A stretch of 64,000 bases of DNA from Spirochaetota bacterium (GTDB lineage Bacteria; Spirochaetota; UBA12135; COTS27; CBDBHE01). Shown here piece by piece: positions 10,448-20,492 of the stretch. Location of the stretch: the NCBI GenBank assembly GCA_965205605.1, contig CBDBHE010000006.1:224001-288000 (forward strand). Reading direction: 5' to 3'. Below the pieces are notes generated by a model, which worked only from the letters and a program-made list of their open reading frames with translations, had not been told where the DNA came from and did not search any database. Made by a program: the position numbers and the translations under genes. The stretch's first letter is position 1; every line of letters begins with the position of its first letter.

Positions 10448-11666
10448 TTATGAAAAAATTTTTTTAACTTTTTCAATCCCTTTAACTAAAATATCGATGT
10501 CTTCTTTTGTATTGTAAAGACTAAGAGAAGCCCTTGCAGTAGCGGGTATTTTATAGTACTTCATAATAGGTTGTGTGCAATGATGTCCTGTGCGAATAGC
10601 AATGCCTTCTTGATCTAAAACACTCCCAATGTCGTGAGGGTGGATGTCTTTTAAAGTAAAAGAAAATACAGAGCTTTTATTTTTAGCTTCACCGATTATT
10701 TCCAGATCTTTTATTTTTTTTAATTTTTTTTGGGTGTAGTCAAACAACTCTTTTTCACGAGATGAAATTGTTTCCCAAGAAAATTGTTGGATAAAGTCAA
10801 TGGCGGCTCCAAAACCGATCACTTGTGCAATAGGGGGAGTGCCTGCTTCAAATTTATAAGGGAGATCATTAAAAATAGTTTTTTCAAAATCAACACTTAG
10901 AATCATGTCTCCACCACCCTTGTAAGGAGGCATTTTGTCTAAAAAAGATTCCTTTGCGTATAAAACGCCCAGTCCATTAGGCCCAAACATTTTGTGAGCT
11001 GAAAAAACTAAAAAATCAATGTCTAATGCTTGTACATCAATGCTCGTATGTAACATTGCTTGAGCGGCATCAATCAAAACAGGAATGTTTTTTTCGTGAG
11101 CAATGTGAATCATTTTTTTTATAGGGTTAATCGTACCTAAGGAGTTAGAATAATAAACAACAGAAATAAGCTTTGTTTGATTAGAAATTTTTTTTTCAAA
11201 TGTTTCTAGATTAATGTCACCCATTTGGTTAATAGGAATGACATCAAGATTTGTTTCATTTTGTTTTTTAAGTAATTGCCAAGGAACAATATTAGAGTGA
11301 TGTTCCATATGAGTGATCAAAACAGCATCTCCTTTTTTTAAAAAACTTCTCCCATAACTTTGAGCAACTAAATTAATAGAATCAGTCGTACCACTAGTAA
11401 AGATAATTTCGTGGTGATGTTTGGCATTAATAAAGTCTTTTATTTTTTCTCTAGTTTTTTCATAAGCAATCAGTTGCTTGCTGTGAAAGTGTATGAACGC
11501 CTCGGTGAATGTTAGAAGTTTCTAATAAGTAATGCTTGGAAATAGCTTCAACAACAGGTTTTGGTTTGAGTGTTGTTGCTGCACTGTCTAAATAAGTAAG
11601 AGATTTTCCATTAATTTTTCTATTTAATATAGGAAAATATTGCTTAATATTTTCAATTGGGTTCAT
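10448..11666 (-). pseudogene. sufS: Cysteine desulfurase SufS with a 1-nt insertion near 11465-11470
   Basis: YLDSAATT..NIHRG in ORF 11460..11666. Removing one T from GAT-TGC-TTA-TGA gives YEKTREKIKDFINA..IIFTSGTT, in frame with EHHSN, FSAHK and RTGHHC. Confidence 0.88.
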
Positions 11667-11679
11667 GGTAAGATTTTTT

Positions 11680-12987
11680 TTAGTTTTTAAAAAAGTCTTT
11701 AATGCTTTTTTCCAATCGTTTTTTTATTTCTGGATTTTCATTTAAAAGGACAATTTCCTCAATAAATCCATAAGCTAATAGTTCAGTGGCGTCTTTTTTT
11801 GAAAGCCCTCTACTTTGGAGGTAAAAGACCTCTTCTAAGCTAGGTTGACCTAAAGTGGCCCCATGAGTGCATTTAACGTCATCGGCGTGAATTTCTAATT
11901 GAGGTCTTGCATTGACTTGAGCTTTTGGACTTAAAAGCAAATTTTTATTTAACTTATTAGCGTTTGTTTTTTGAGCATCTTTAAAAACAACGATTTTCCC
12001 TGTGAAGTTACAAACACACCGATCTTTTAAAATATTTCTATATTGCTGCATGCTTTCACAATCTCTAAATTGATGTTCGACGGTTGTTCTTTGGTCAAGG
12101 TTTTGAGTTTCTTTTCCAAGTGAAATTCCATTTAAAAAAGCTTTGGCATTTTGTTTTGAAAAAGTAACTTGCACATCACTGACTACATTTTTTCCTCCAT
12201 TTTGAAAGAAAAAACTATTAACTACACTTTCTTCTCCTAAATGAACTCGTAAAAAATTAACGTGATTAGTCGTTTTAGCTTCTAATTCTAAGTTTGTGTA
12301 GTGGACTTTTGCTTTATCTCTAATGATTAAATCTGTGGCATGGTTTGTAAAATGTTTTGAATTGGTGGAATAATAAGTTTCTATAACCTCACAACTGGCT
12401 TCTTGTTGTATATAAAATATATTTTTTTTAACAAGCATCATTTGATCTTCTAAATTTTCTGAAACATAAAGAAAATGAATTGGTTTTTCAAGTTTTGTTT
12501 TTTTAGCAATAGAAATCGCAACGCCTTCTTCAAAAAGAGCCTCATTAAGGCTTTCAAAAGGATCTTTGTTTTCAAAAAGAGAAGAGGAATTTTTAATAAA
12601 AAATAAATCTTCTTTAAAAGCATCTTTAATTGGAAATAATGTTAATTTTTCTTTTTCTAAAATTCTTGATTGGTTTTTTTGATAAATTCCATTGTAAAAG
12701 ACTAATAAATTTTCTTCTTTATGAGTGAGTGACTTGATGGCTTCATTAACCTTAGGGTTTTTTTCTTCATTTTCTTTACTTAAAGTTGTTTGTAATGTTT
12801 TATTTTCAATAGAAGCCACCAAATTGTTATAACGCCATAGTTCGCTTTTTTCTTTAGTAGGAAGATCTTGGTTTGAAAGGGCATCTAAAGCTTTTAATTT
12901 TTTTTCTTGAAACCATCTTGGGGTAGTAGAAGATAGGATGCCATTTTTTATTTTATTAATACCTTCTAATAATTCAATCATCATCAT
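11680..12987 (-). CDS. sufD: Fe-S cluster assembly protein SufD
   Basis: PQLEIHADDVKCTHGAT, FYLQSRG; operon context. Confidence 0.95.
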   Translation of the reverse strand: MMMIELLEGINKIKNGILSSTTPRWFQEKKLKALDALSNQDLPTKEKSELWRYNNLVASIENKTLQTTLSKENEEKNPKVNEAIKSLTHKEENLLVFYNGIYQKNQSRILEKEKLTLFPIKDAFKEDLFFIKNSSSLFENKDPFESLNEALFEEGVAISIAKKTKLEKPIHFLYVSENLEDQMMLVKKNIFYIQQEASCEVIETYYSTNSKHFTNHATDLIIRDKAKVHYTNLELEAKTTNHVNFLRVHLGEESVVNSFFFQNGGKNVVSDVQVTFSKQNAKAFLNGISLGKETQNLDQRTTVEHQFRDCESMQQYRNILKDRCVCNFTGKIVVFKDAQKTNANKLNKNLLLSPKAQVNARPQLEIHADDVKCTHGATLGQPSLEEVFYLQSRGLSKKDATELLAYGFIEEIVLLNENPEIKKRLEKSIKDFFKN

Positions 12988-13028
12988 TTTTCATGTTTCC
13001 TTTTTTTAAATACTTATAGTTGATATGA

Positions 13029-13778
13029 CTAAGCAATCCAATCATATCCTTTTTTTTCAACTTCAAGAGCAAGATTTTTATCTCCTGATTTAATAATTTT
13101 CCCATCTTGTAAGATATGAATGTAGTCGGGGACAACATAATTTAAAAGTCTTTGATAATGTGTAATTAAAACAATAACATTTTTAGATGACTTTAATTTA
13201 TTAATCCCCTCTGCTACAGTTCGAAGAGAATCAATATCAAGACCGGAGTCTGTTTCATCTAAAAAAGACACTTTTGGAGTTAGAATAGCCATTTGAAGAA
13301 TTTCATTTCTTTTTTTTTCTCCTCCAGAAAAATCAACATTAAGTTGTCTGTTAATAAAAGACTCGGGGATATTTAAGAGATTCATTTTTTCTTTAACAAA
13401 TTTCTCAAAATCAATTGGATCTAATTCTTCACTTCCTTGATGCTTACATATTTCATTAAAAGATTTTCTTAAAAACTCAATATTAGAAACGCCTGGAATT
13501 TCTATAGGGTATTGAAAACTCATAAAGATTCCTTCCTTAGCTCTCTCATCGACTTCCATTTCTAAAAGGTTTTTTTTTTTAAGATTGACTTCATAATCAA
13601 TAGAGCCTTCTGTTACTTCATAATCTGGATGCCCTGAAATAATTTTAGATAAAGTACTTTTCCCCGATCCATTGGGTCCCATAATAGCGTGAATTTCACC
13701 TTCTTTGACGTCTAAATTAATTCCTTTTAGAATAGGGTTTCCTTCAACAGTTGCATGTAAATTTTTAATCGTTAACAT
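13029..13778 (-). CDS. sufC: Fe-S cluster assembly ATPase SufC
   Basis: [35 protein letters not shown]. Confidence 0.97.
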   Translation of the reverse strand: MLTIKNLHATVEGNPILKGINLDVKEGEIHAIMGPNGSGKSTLSKIISGHPDYEVTEGSIDYEVNLKKKNLLEMEVDERAKEGIFMSFQYPIEIPGVSNIEFLRKSFNEICKHQGSEELDPIDFEKFVKEKMNLLNIPESFINRQLNVDFSGGEKKRNEILQMAILTPKVSFLDETDSGLDIDSLRTVAEGINKLKSSKNVIVLITHYQRLLNYVVPDYIHILQDGKIIKSGDKNLALEVEKKGYDWIA

Positions 13779-13837
13779 AATAATTTTTCTCCTTATTTCT
13801 CTTATCTTTAAATACTTAAATGAATCAAATGTTTTTT

Positions 13838-15292
13838 TTAACCAACACTGCCTTCTAATTTCATTTCTAAAAGTCTCACTGCTTCCACTGAAAACTCTAA
13901 TGGTAGCTTATTAAAAACATCTTTACAAAATCCATTGATTAAAAGAGATACAGCCCCCTCGGCGTCGATACCTCTAGTTTGAAGATAATGAATTTGTTCA
14001 GCTGATATTTTAGAAGTTGAGGCTTCGTGTTCAATAACGGCCGTATTATTTTTACTTTCAATGTAAGGAAAAGTATTGGCTGTACACTGATCTCCAACCA
14101 ACATAGAATCACACTGAGTGTAGTTTCTAGCATGGTCTGCTTTGCTGCCAACGCGTACGAGTCCACGATAACAATTTTTTGATTTATCAGCTGAAATTCC
14201 TTTGGAAACAATGGTTGAACGAGTATTTTTTCCAATATGAATCATTTTAGTCCCTGTGTCAGCTTGCATTTTGTTATTGGTTAAAGCAACAGAATAAAAC
14301 TCTCCAATGGATTCATCCCCTTGAAGGATAACCGATGGGTATTTCCAAGTAATTGAAGAACCAGCTTCTACTTGAGTCCAAGAAATCTTGCTTTTTTTTC
14401 CAAGGCATTTTCCTCTTTTGGTTACAAAGTTGTAAATCCCACCGACCCCTTCTTCATTACCGGCATACCAGTTTTGGACGGTTGAATAATTAATCGTTGC
14501 ATTTTCTAAAGCAACAAGCTCAACAACAGCTGCGTGTAATTGATTTTCATCTCTCATAGGAGCGGTACACCCTTCTAGATAATTCACAAAACTGCCTTCT
14601 TCTGCAATAATGAGAGTCCTTTCAAATTGTCCTGTGCCAGCATCGTTTATTCTAAAATACGTCGACAAATCCAAAGGACATTTCACTCCTTTAGGGATAT
14701 AACAAAAAGATCCGTCTGAAAAAACAGCCGCATTTAAAGAAGCGTAAAAATTATCTGTATGAGGGACAACAGAACCAATATATTTTTTAATAAGATCAGG
14801 GTGCTTTTGAAGTGCTTCTGAAAAAGAACAAAAAATAATTCCAAAAGATTCTAATTTTTCTTGATGCGTCGTCCCAACAGAAACACTATCAAAAACAGCA
14901 TCCACAGCAACACCAGAAAGTCGCTTTTGCTCTGAAAGAGGAATCCCTAATTTTTCGAAGGTTTGTAATAACTTGGGGTCCACTTCATCCAAACTTTTTT
15001 TTAAAGCCTTTTCCTTAGGTGCAGAATAATAACGAATGTCTTGATAATCAATCGGTGGATAAGAAACATCTGCCCATATTGGTTGTTGCATTTTTTTCCA
15101 AGTATGAAACGCTTTTAAACGAAACTCTGTCATGAAACTAGGTTCTTTTTTGATGCTTGAAATCTTTTTAATCACTTCTTCATTAAGTCCTTTTTCAATT
15201 CTTTCTGTTTCAATTTCAGTATGAAATCCATATTTATACTGACGATTTTTAAACTCTTCGCTTGTTGTTATTTCTTCGCTTGTTTTTTCCAT
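13838..15292 (-). CDS. sufB: Fe-S cluster assembly protein SufB
   Basis: [38 protein letters not shown]-terminus. Confidence 0.97.
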   Translation of the reverse strand: MEKTSEEITTSEEFKNRQYKYGFHTEIETERIEKGLNEEVIKKISSIKKEPSFMTEFRLKAFHTWKKMQQPIWADVSYPPIDYQDIRYYSAPKEKALKKSLDEVDPKLLQTFEKLGIPLSEQKRLSGVAVDAVFDSVSVGTTHQEKLESFGIIFCSFSEALQKHPDLIKKYIGSVVPHTDNFYASLNAAVFSDGSFCYIPKGVKCPLDLSTYFRINDAGTGQFERTLIIAEEGSFVNYLEGCTAPMRDENQLHAAVVELVALENATINYSTVQNWYAGNEEGVGGIYNFVTKRGKCLGKKSKISWTQVEAGSSITWKYPSVILQGDESIGEFYSVALTNNKMQADTGTKMIHIGKNTRSTIVSKGISADKSKNCYRGLVRVGSKADHARNYTQCDSMLVGDQCTANTFPYIESKNNTAVIEHEASTSKISAEQIHYLQTRGIDAEGAVSLLINGFCKDVFNKLPLEFSVEAVRLLEMKLEGSVG

Positions 15293-15315
15293 CTTTTATT
15301 TCCTTGTAATGTTTT

Positions 15316-15765
15316 TTAATAAATTTCTTTTTTTGAAGAAGCGGTAATTAAATTAATAAGATCAATCTTTTTAAAAAATTCTTTAAAAAGATGATCTATT
15401 TCTTTCATAGGGTCAATGATATTACAGGTGGATTCCATAGAGCAGCTGGTTGTTTCAAGTTTTTTACTCTTTAGGCATTTTACAATCTCTAAAGGACCTA
15501 AAAGAGCTTCGTTTAAATCATAAAGGCTTAATTCTTTTAGATTATCTTCTAAAAAATAACCTCCATAAATTCCTTGCTCAGATTTTAAAATTTTTTTTTT
15601 CGCCATTTTTTGCATTACTTTTGCAATTGTCTCATAAGGTATCTGATAACTTTTAGCAATGTCTTTAGCTGTAATACGTTTGTTTTGTTTTGTTTCTTTT
15701 TGTTCTTTGTACATGTGCCTTAATGTAATTAAGGCATATTCTACAATCTTGTTAATTTTAACCAA
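15316..15765 (-). CDS. Rrf2-family transcriptional regulator heading the suf operon
   Basis: EYAL..L, SEQGIYGGY wHTH wing, three C-terminal Cys (VKC..SC....TC). Confidence 0.9.
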   Translation of the reverse strand: MVKINKIVEYALITLRHMYKEQKETKQNKRITAKDIAKSYQIPYETIAKVMQKMAKKKILKSEQGIYGGYFLEDNLKELSLYDLNEALLGPLEIVKCLKSKKLETTSCSMESTCNIIDPMKEIDHLFKEFFKKIDLINLITASSKKEIY

Positions 15766-15781
15766 GTACTCTCAAAAATTC

Positions 15782-15808
15782 AAAATACGATTTTTTATTT
15801 CGTATTTT
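15782..15808. promoter_or_regulatory. Palindromic operator, probably for the Rrf2 regulator
   Basis: AAAATACGA-N9-TCGTATTTT perfect 9-bp inverted repeat lying between the predicted promoter and the Rrf2 start codon. Confidence 0.6.
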
Positions 15809-15812
15809 AAAA

Positions 15813-15843
15813 ATAATACAATCTTTTTAAAAAAAAGTGTCAA
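15813..15843 (-). promoter_or_regulatory. Sigma-70-type promoter of the suf operon
   Basis: TTGACA-N19-TATTAT on the minus strand. The spacer is long and contains a T8 run. Confidence 0.4.
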
Positions 15844-15907
15844 ATTTTAGCTTTGTTTTTTTAAATTTTTTACTTTTTAATTCAAACCTTCGATTCATTG
15901 ATGACTT

Positions 15908-16591
15908 TTATACCAAGTAAGGAGATAAGGTTTTTAAAAACATAGAGGTTTTTTGGAAACTTTCAATGACCCCTTGGTTTAAAGTAATTATTTTCTGACA
16001 AAATTTTTTAAAATCTTTTGGATTTTGAGAAATATACAAAATAATAATTTTTTTTTTTTTTTGAGTTTCTTTTAAAAATGAAAAAATTTTTGTTTTTATT
16101 TTAATATTAATGCAATTTAAAGCTTCATCTAAAAGTAAAAGATTAAACTCAGAAAGTAACGCTCTTGCCAAAGCAACTCGTTGTTTTTCTCCATCAGAAA
16201 TTTCATTAGGCATTTGATTAAGAAAACTTTCTAAATTTAAATGAAACACCATTTCTTCCATTTCTTTTTTAGTAGAAATACTTTTTTTTAACCCGTACCT
16301 TATATTTTCTTCAATAGAAAGATGCGGAAACAAACTATTTTCTTGAGGAATATAAGCAATTTTTCTTTTTTGAATCATCAGGTTTGTTTGAGTTTTACTA
16401 TTAAAAAGGCAGTGATCTTTTATTTGGATCAATCCTTTTTTAGGGGTTTTAATTCCACACAATGTTTCAAATAAAGATGTTTTTCCTGCTCCATTAGGGC
16501 CCCATATCCCAATGGAAGAGGCTTTTGTTGTGAGATTTATATTGAGGATGAAATCTCTTAAAGGGAGTTTAAGATTTTTAATGATAATCAT
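15908..16591 (-). CDS. modC: Molybdate ABC transporter ATPase (degenerate motifs)
   Basis: GPNGAGKT, LFPHLSIEENI; follows modAB. Signature reads ISDGE and H-loop reads ISQ. Confidence 0.8.
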   Translation of the reverse strand: MIIIKNLKLPLRDFILNINLTTKASSIGIWGPNGAGKTSLFETLCGIKTPKKGLIQIKDHCLFNSKTQTNLMIQKRKIAYIPQENSLFPHLSIEENIRYGLKKSISTKKEMEEMVFHLNLESFLNQMPNEISDGEKQRVALARALLSEFNLLLLDEALNCINIKIKTKIFSFLKETQKKKKIIILYISQNPKDFKKFCQKIITLNQGVIESFQKTSMFLKTLSPYLV

Positions 16592-17249
16592 AATTTTTTT
16601 TTAAAAGCCACCTTTGAATCAAAGTACAAATAAAACCTAAAATAAAAGCCCAAAGTAACAGTCGATAAGCACTAGTGTCCTTCCCTATTAAAAAATGATG
16701 ATAAATTGATAAAGATAACGTAGATGTTTTTTCGGGAATATTGCCTGCTATCATCATTGTCGTACCAAACTCACCGATAGCTTTTACAAATGAAATAAGA
16801 AGTGCTGAGAGAAAATGTCTAAGGCAAAGAGGAAATGTAATGGTTAAAAAAACTTTTAAATTACTTGCCCCTAGTGTTTTTGCAATCATTTCTAGTTTTA
16901 AAGGAGTGTTTTCAAAGCCTGTTTTCATGATTTGAACAAAAAAAGGAAACGAAGTGATACTCATCGCAATTACAATTGCTTTCCAAGTAAAAATAATTTC
17001 TATATTATTTCTTGCTAATAATTTTCCTATAAAACCTTCTTGACTCAGTAAGAGTAAAAGCAAAAAACCTGTGGCCACAGGAGGAAAGACAATGGGTAAA
17101 TAAAAAAAAGATTCTATAACGCTTTTCCCAAACCAAGATTTTTTTGCTAGAATCCAACTAATGAAAACACCTCCAGGAATAATTAAAATAGTGCTTAAAA
17201 AAGCCATCTTAAAAGTAAATAAAATAATCTTTAGTTCTTCTTGATGCAT
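16578..17249 (-). CDS. modB: Molybdate ABC transporter permease
   Basis: LPIVFPPVATG, AKTLGA, GEFGTTMMIAGNIP. Confidence 0.92.
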   Translation of the reverse strand: MHQEELKIILFTFKMAFLSTILIIPGGVFISWILAKKSWFGKSVIESFFYLPIVFPPVATGFLLLLLLSQEGFIGKLLARNNIEIIFTWKAIVIAMSITSFPFFVQIMKTGFENTPLKLEMIAKTLGASNLKVFLTITFPLCLRHFLSALLISFVKAIGEFGTTMMIAGNIPEKTSTLSLSIYHHFLIGKDTSAYRLLLWAFILGFICTLIQRWLLKKNYDYH

Positions 17250-17252
17250 GTT

Positions 17253-17990
17253 TTAAGGAATTAAAAAGCCATATTTTTTAAAAATATTTTGACTTGTTTT
17301 TGAAACAATGAAATTTAAAAAAGCATGACTATTTTCATTGATGTTTTTTTTTTGGATAAGAGCTATAGAATAAGCAATTTCTACTTTGGGGTTATTTTTA
17401 AATTGATAAATTGTTTTTATGGATGGTTCTAAAAAAATATCGCTTTGATAACAAATCCCTACAGGAGTGTTTTTTAATTTTACAGCAAGGATTACATTTC
17501 TGGCATTTAAAGTAAGAATCATTTTTTTTTTTAAACTACCCCAAAGACTTAAATGATTTAATATTTTTTTGGTATAATCTCCACAAGGAGAAAAATGATA
17601 ATTAGCAATCGCTATTTTATTAATGAAAGCATCTAAAAGAAAAGCAGGACTTGTTTGTTGGCCCATCATATTTTTAATTGTGATAATAACGAGTTTGTTT
17701 TTTAAGATTTTTTTTTTAGTGTTTTTTATGATTCTGTTTTCAAGGATAGAAAACGGTTTTTCACCTGCAGAAATAAAAAGATCTACAGGAGCACCTGTTT
17801 TAATTTGTTTTGCTAAAATACCCGAAGCTTGAAAATGATAATTAATGGTAATTTGATTCGTTTTCTCGTAAATTTTTTTGACTTCCTCTAAGGCTTCTGT
17901 AAGGCTAATTGCAGCATAAATCAAGATTTTTTCTTTGGGGAAAATAGAAGAAAAAGTAAAAAAAATGATTAAAAATGTTTTTTGAAACAA
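17253..17990 (-). CDS. modA: Molybdate-binding periplasmic protein
   Basis: AAISL.EA, ASGILAKQI..GAP.DLFISA, NKLV, YQSD. Confidence 0.88.
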   Translation of the reverse strand: MFQKTFLIIFFTFSSIFPKEKILIYAAISLTEALEEVKKIYEKTNQITINYHFQASGILAKQIKTGAPVDLFISAGEKPFSILENRIIKNTKKKILKNKLVIITIKNMMGQQTSPAFLLDAFINKIAIANYHFSPCGDYTKKILNHLSLWGSLKKKMILTLNARNVILAVKLKNTPVGICYQSDIFLEPSIKTIYQFKNNPKVEIAYSIALIQKKNINENSHAFLNFIVSKTSQNIFKKYGFLIP

Positions 17991-18030
17991 TTTTTATTTA
18001 TATAAGATTTGTCTTATCTTTTTGTAAGGA

Positions 18031-19008
18031 TTAATTATTGAGCTTAATACCAACAGAGAGATTAAAACGATAATTTAGTGTATTTTCAAAATTTTTAAAT
18101 GTATCAACAGTCCTGATATTACTTCCGAAATGAAACTTATAATAAGTTAAGACAATCCCGCCTTCTGTAATCAGTAAAAGCCCTTCTTGATAAGATCCAT
18201 TAAAAAAATTTTTTAAACCAAGACCCAGTCCAAAATAAGAATAAACTTCTATATTTTCTTTACTGTAAACGGGTATAATAATGTCACTAGTAGTAGATAA
18301 AATATAATCAACCGATTTGGCATGATAAAGTGTTGTTTCTAAGTTTTCATTGATTTCATAAGTAGGTCGATAATACAAAATAGATCCTATAGAAAAACGT
18401 AATCCTGTAAAAAAAGGTTTGATTCGAATGAGAAGATCCAAACTATCAATGGAAAGACCAAAATAATTGTTTTCTGTAGTTGTTCCTGAGAAGATATTAA
18501 AAGGAGGAACTACTTTTTCCCCTTCACTAATCTCTAAAAGACCACTATTCCCAATAGGCATCACAGCAAATCCTCCATTAATTAAAAGACTGCTTTCTAT
18601 AAGATTGCCTTTTTGATTTCTAAAAAATTTCTTTTTATTAATGAATTCTAATCCTTTTGTTTGTTTTAGGAGTCTTTTTGTTGATGCAAGAAAATATCCT
18701 TTTTTTAAAACAGATATCTCTCCTTTCCATACGCTTTTTAAAATAAGCTTGTCCTTTTCTATTTTTACTAAATGAACACTGTCAATAAAGCCGATGTAAA
18801 CCGAACGTTTATTGATCATTTCTTTATTGGCATAAACATCAAAAATTTCTCTTTTTTTATAAGATTGTGATTTTCCTTTTGTTGCATAAATAAGGTCGTT
18901 TTGTATGTCTTCAATAATGATATCTCCAAAAATCAATGAAGTGATTGTTGAAATAAAAAAAATAAAAATAACTTTTATTTTCAATTTTTTTTTATAAAAT
19001 AAATTCAT
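18031..19008 (-). CDS. Hypothetical exported protein, possible C-terminal outer-membrane beta-barrel
   Basis: Signal-like MNLFYKKKLKIKVIFIFFIST from ATG 19008; amphipathic strands YSYFGLGLG, FHFGSN, YRFNLSVGIKL. Confidence 0.5.
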   Translation of the reverse strand: MNLFYKKKLKIKVIFIFFISTITSLIFGDIIIEDIQNDLIYATKGKSQSYKKREIFDVYANKEMINKRSVYIGFIDSVHLVKIEKDKLILKSVWKGEISVLKKGYFLASTKRLLKQTKGLEFINKKKFFRNQKGNLIESSLLINGGFAVMPIGNSGLLEISEGEKVVPPFNIFSGTTTENNYFGLSIDSLDLLIRIKPFFTGLRFSIGSILYYRPTYEINENLETTLYHAKSVDYILSTTSDIIIPVYSKENIEVYSYFGLGLGLKNFFNGSYQEGLLLITEGGIVLTYYKFHFGSNIRTVDTFKNFENTLNYRFNLSVGIKLNN

Positions 19009-20107
19009 TGTCTGAAAGAGCTTTGACTTCATAAAGGTAATCTTTTTTTTGTTTTTTTTTGTCAAGCTCCTTTTTCCCTTTTTTAATAGGGAGATGAATT
19101 ATTTTTAATAAGTTTTGTTTATTATTAACCTTATTTTCAATAATACCCAAGAGGTCTTCTTTCTCCACGCCTTTTTTATGAAGGGAAGAAGTTTTTTTGA
19201 TTTTGGTTACTTTAAATAAGTTAATTATTTTTTTTTCAAATGTGTAATTTTTTTTAATAGGTTTTAAAGCAATTCCAAAAAAAGGATAAAAAGTTTCTAT
19301 TTTGGGTGTCTTTGGATTTGTAATTAAGGTTGTGTAAAGAGGGGAAGAAGGTCTTTTATTTAAAACAATATAGTAATTTTTTTTTTTAAGATTGGATTCA
19401 AATTCAAGTAAAATTGCATTTCCTGCTTGTAAATTATTAATAATATAATTTGCTTTTTTGATACTATTAATAGGAATATGATTAATTTTGATTAAAAAGT
19501 CTCCTTGATAAACGTCTTGATTGTGAATAATTGAAGAAGGGAAGACATAATCTATTTCAAGTTTTTTTTCGCTAGTAAAATTTATTAAAAGACCAATCCA
19601 TGGTCGATTAATGACAATACTTTTATTACTTGAGTCTGGGTTAAAGGGAAGAAGCAATTCTTCATCAGTATCAGTGACGATTTTGTTATATCGATTAATT
19701 GTTTGTCTAATGTATTTTTGTTTTGAAATTAAAAGATTATTAAGATAAAAAAGACTATTAGTGTAGTCTTTTTTATTAAAAAAATGATAAAAAAATTGCT
19801 TTTGTTCAAATAAAAATTCATTAATAGCATGATCGATTTTTTTAGGTTGAAATTGTTTATTTTTATTCACGAATTCAAAGAATTCGTGATAAGTTTCTTT
19901 TTTAAGAAACGTTGTAACTTGTGTTTTGTTAGGTTTTTTAATAAGAAGAGGAGCTGTATTTTTTACTTTTTTTTTACTTTTTTTATTATTCGAAAATGAA
20001 GGAATGATTAAAATTGTTCCGAGAATTAAAATGTAATAAAACCATTTTTTTAATAAAAATATTTTTATTTTTGAAAAATTTTTATTGAATGTAATAATTA
20101 ATTTCAT
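18992..20107 (-). CDS. PDZ-domain membrane/exported protein
   Basis: N-terminal hydrophobic segment; RPWIGL..IDYVFPSS....DVYQGDFLIKINHIPI (PDZ) and a second PDZ-like FFGI..SSL.KKGVEKEDL. Confidence 0.6.
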   Translation of the reverse strand: MKLIITFNKNFSKIKIFLLKKWFYYILILGTILIIPSFSNNKKSKKKVKNTAPLLIKKPNKTQVTTFLKKETYHEFFEFVNKNKQFQPKKIDHAINEFLFEQKQFFYHFFNKKDYTNSLFYLNNLLISKQKYIRQTINRYNKIVTDTDEELLLPFNPDSSNKSIVINRPWIGLLINFTSEKKLEIDYVFPSSIIHNQDVYQGDFLIKINHIPINSIKKANYIINNLQAGNAILLEFESNLKKKNYYIVLNKRPSSPLYTTLITNPKTPKIETFYPFFGIALKPIKKNYTFEKKIINLFKVTKIKKTSSLHKKGVEKEDLLGIIENKVNNKQNLLKIIHLPIKKGKKELDKKKQKKDYLYEVKALSDNEFIL

Positions 20108-20130
20108 TATAATATTTCTATAGTTTAAAT

Positions 20131-20445
20131 ATGTTTTTTTTTCAATTTTTATTTTTTATCGTTTTTTATTTATTTATTATCATCGGTTGTGGGCTTGAGA
20201 AGATTGAATTTGAAGATGAGTCTATTACTTTATTTGAAAATGAAACGAGGGTTCTTAAATATCGAGAAGTTGGTCTTAAAAGAATTAATGAACAAGTTTT
20301 TTTTAGCTCAGATGATGAAGAGATTGTCAAAGTGACAGAAGGTGGAAGAGTTGTAGGAAAAGGAGTGGGGGAAGCGAAAGTTTCTGCTTTTTCTAGTTAT
20401 AATGTAGAAATTAAAGACATGATCAGTATTCGTGTTACAAATTAA
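20131..20445 (+). CDS. Small lipoprotein with one bacterial Ig-like (Big_2) domain
   Basis: Hydrophobic leader ending IIGC; FSSDDEEIVKVTEGGRVVGKGVGEAKVSA matches the Big_2 pattern. Confidence 0.75.
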   Translation: MFFFQFLFFIVFYLFIIIGCGLEKIEFEDESITLFENETRVLKYREVGLKRINEQVFFSSDDEEIVKVTEGGRVVGKGVGEAKVSAFSSYNVEIKDMISIRVTN

Positions 20446-20492
20446 TATTAAATTGGAGTTTAAACATTTAATTATTTTTAATTTTTTCAAAG

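Noticed and set aside
18992-19065. Possible frameshift joining the PDZ ORF and the downstream ORF
   Set aside because: The downstream ORF has its own ATG (19008) and a signal-like segment, so a short overlap explains it.
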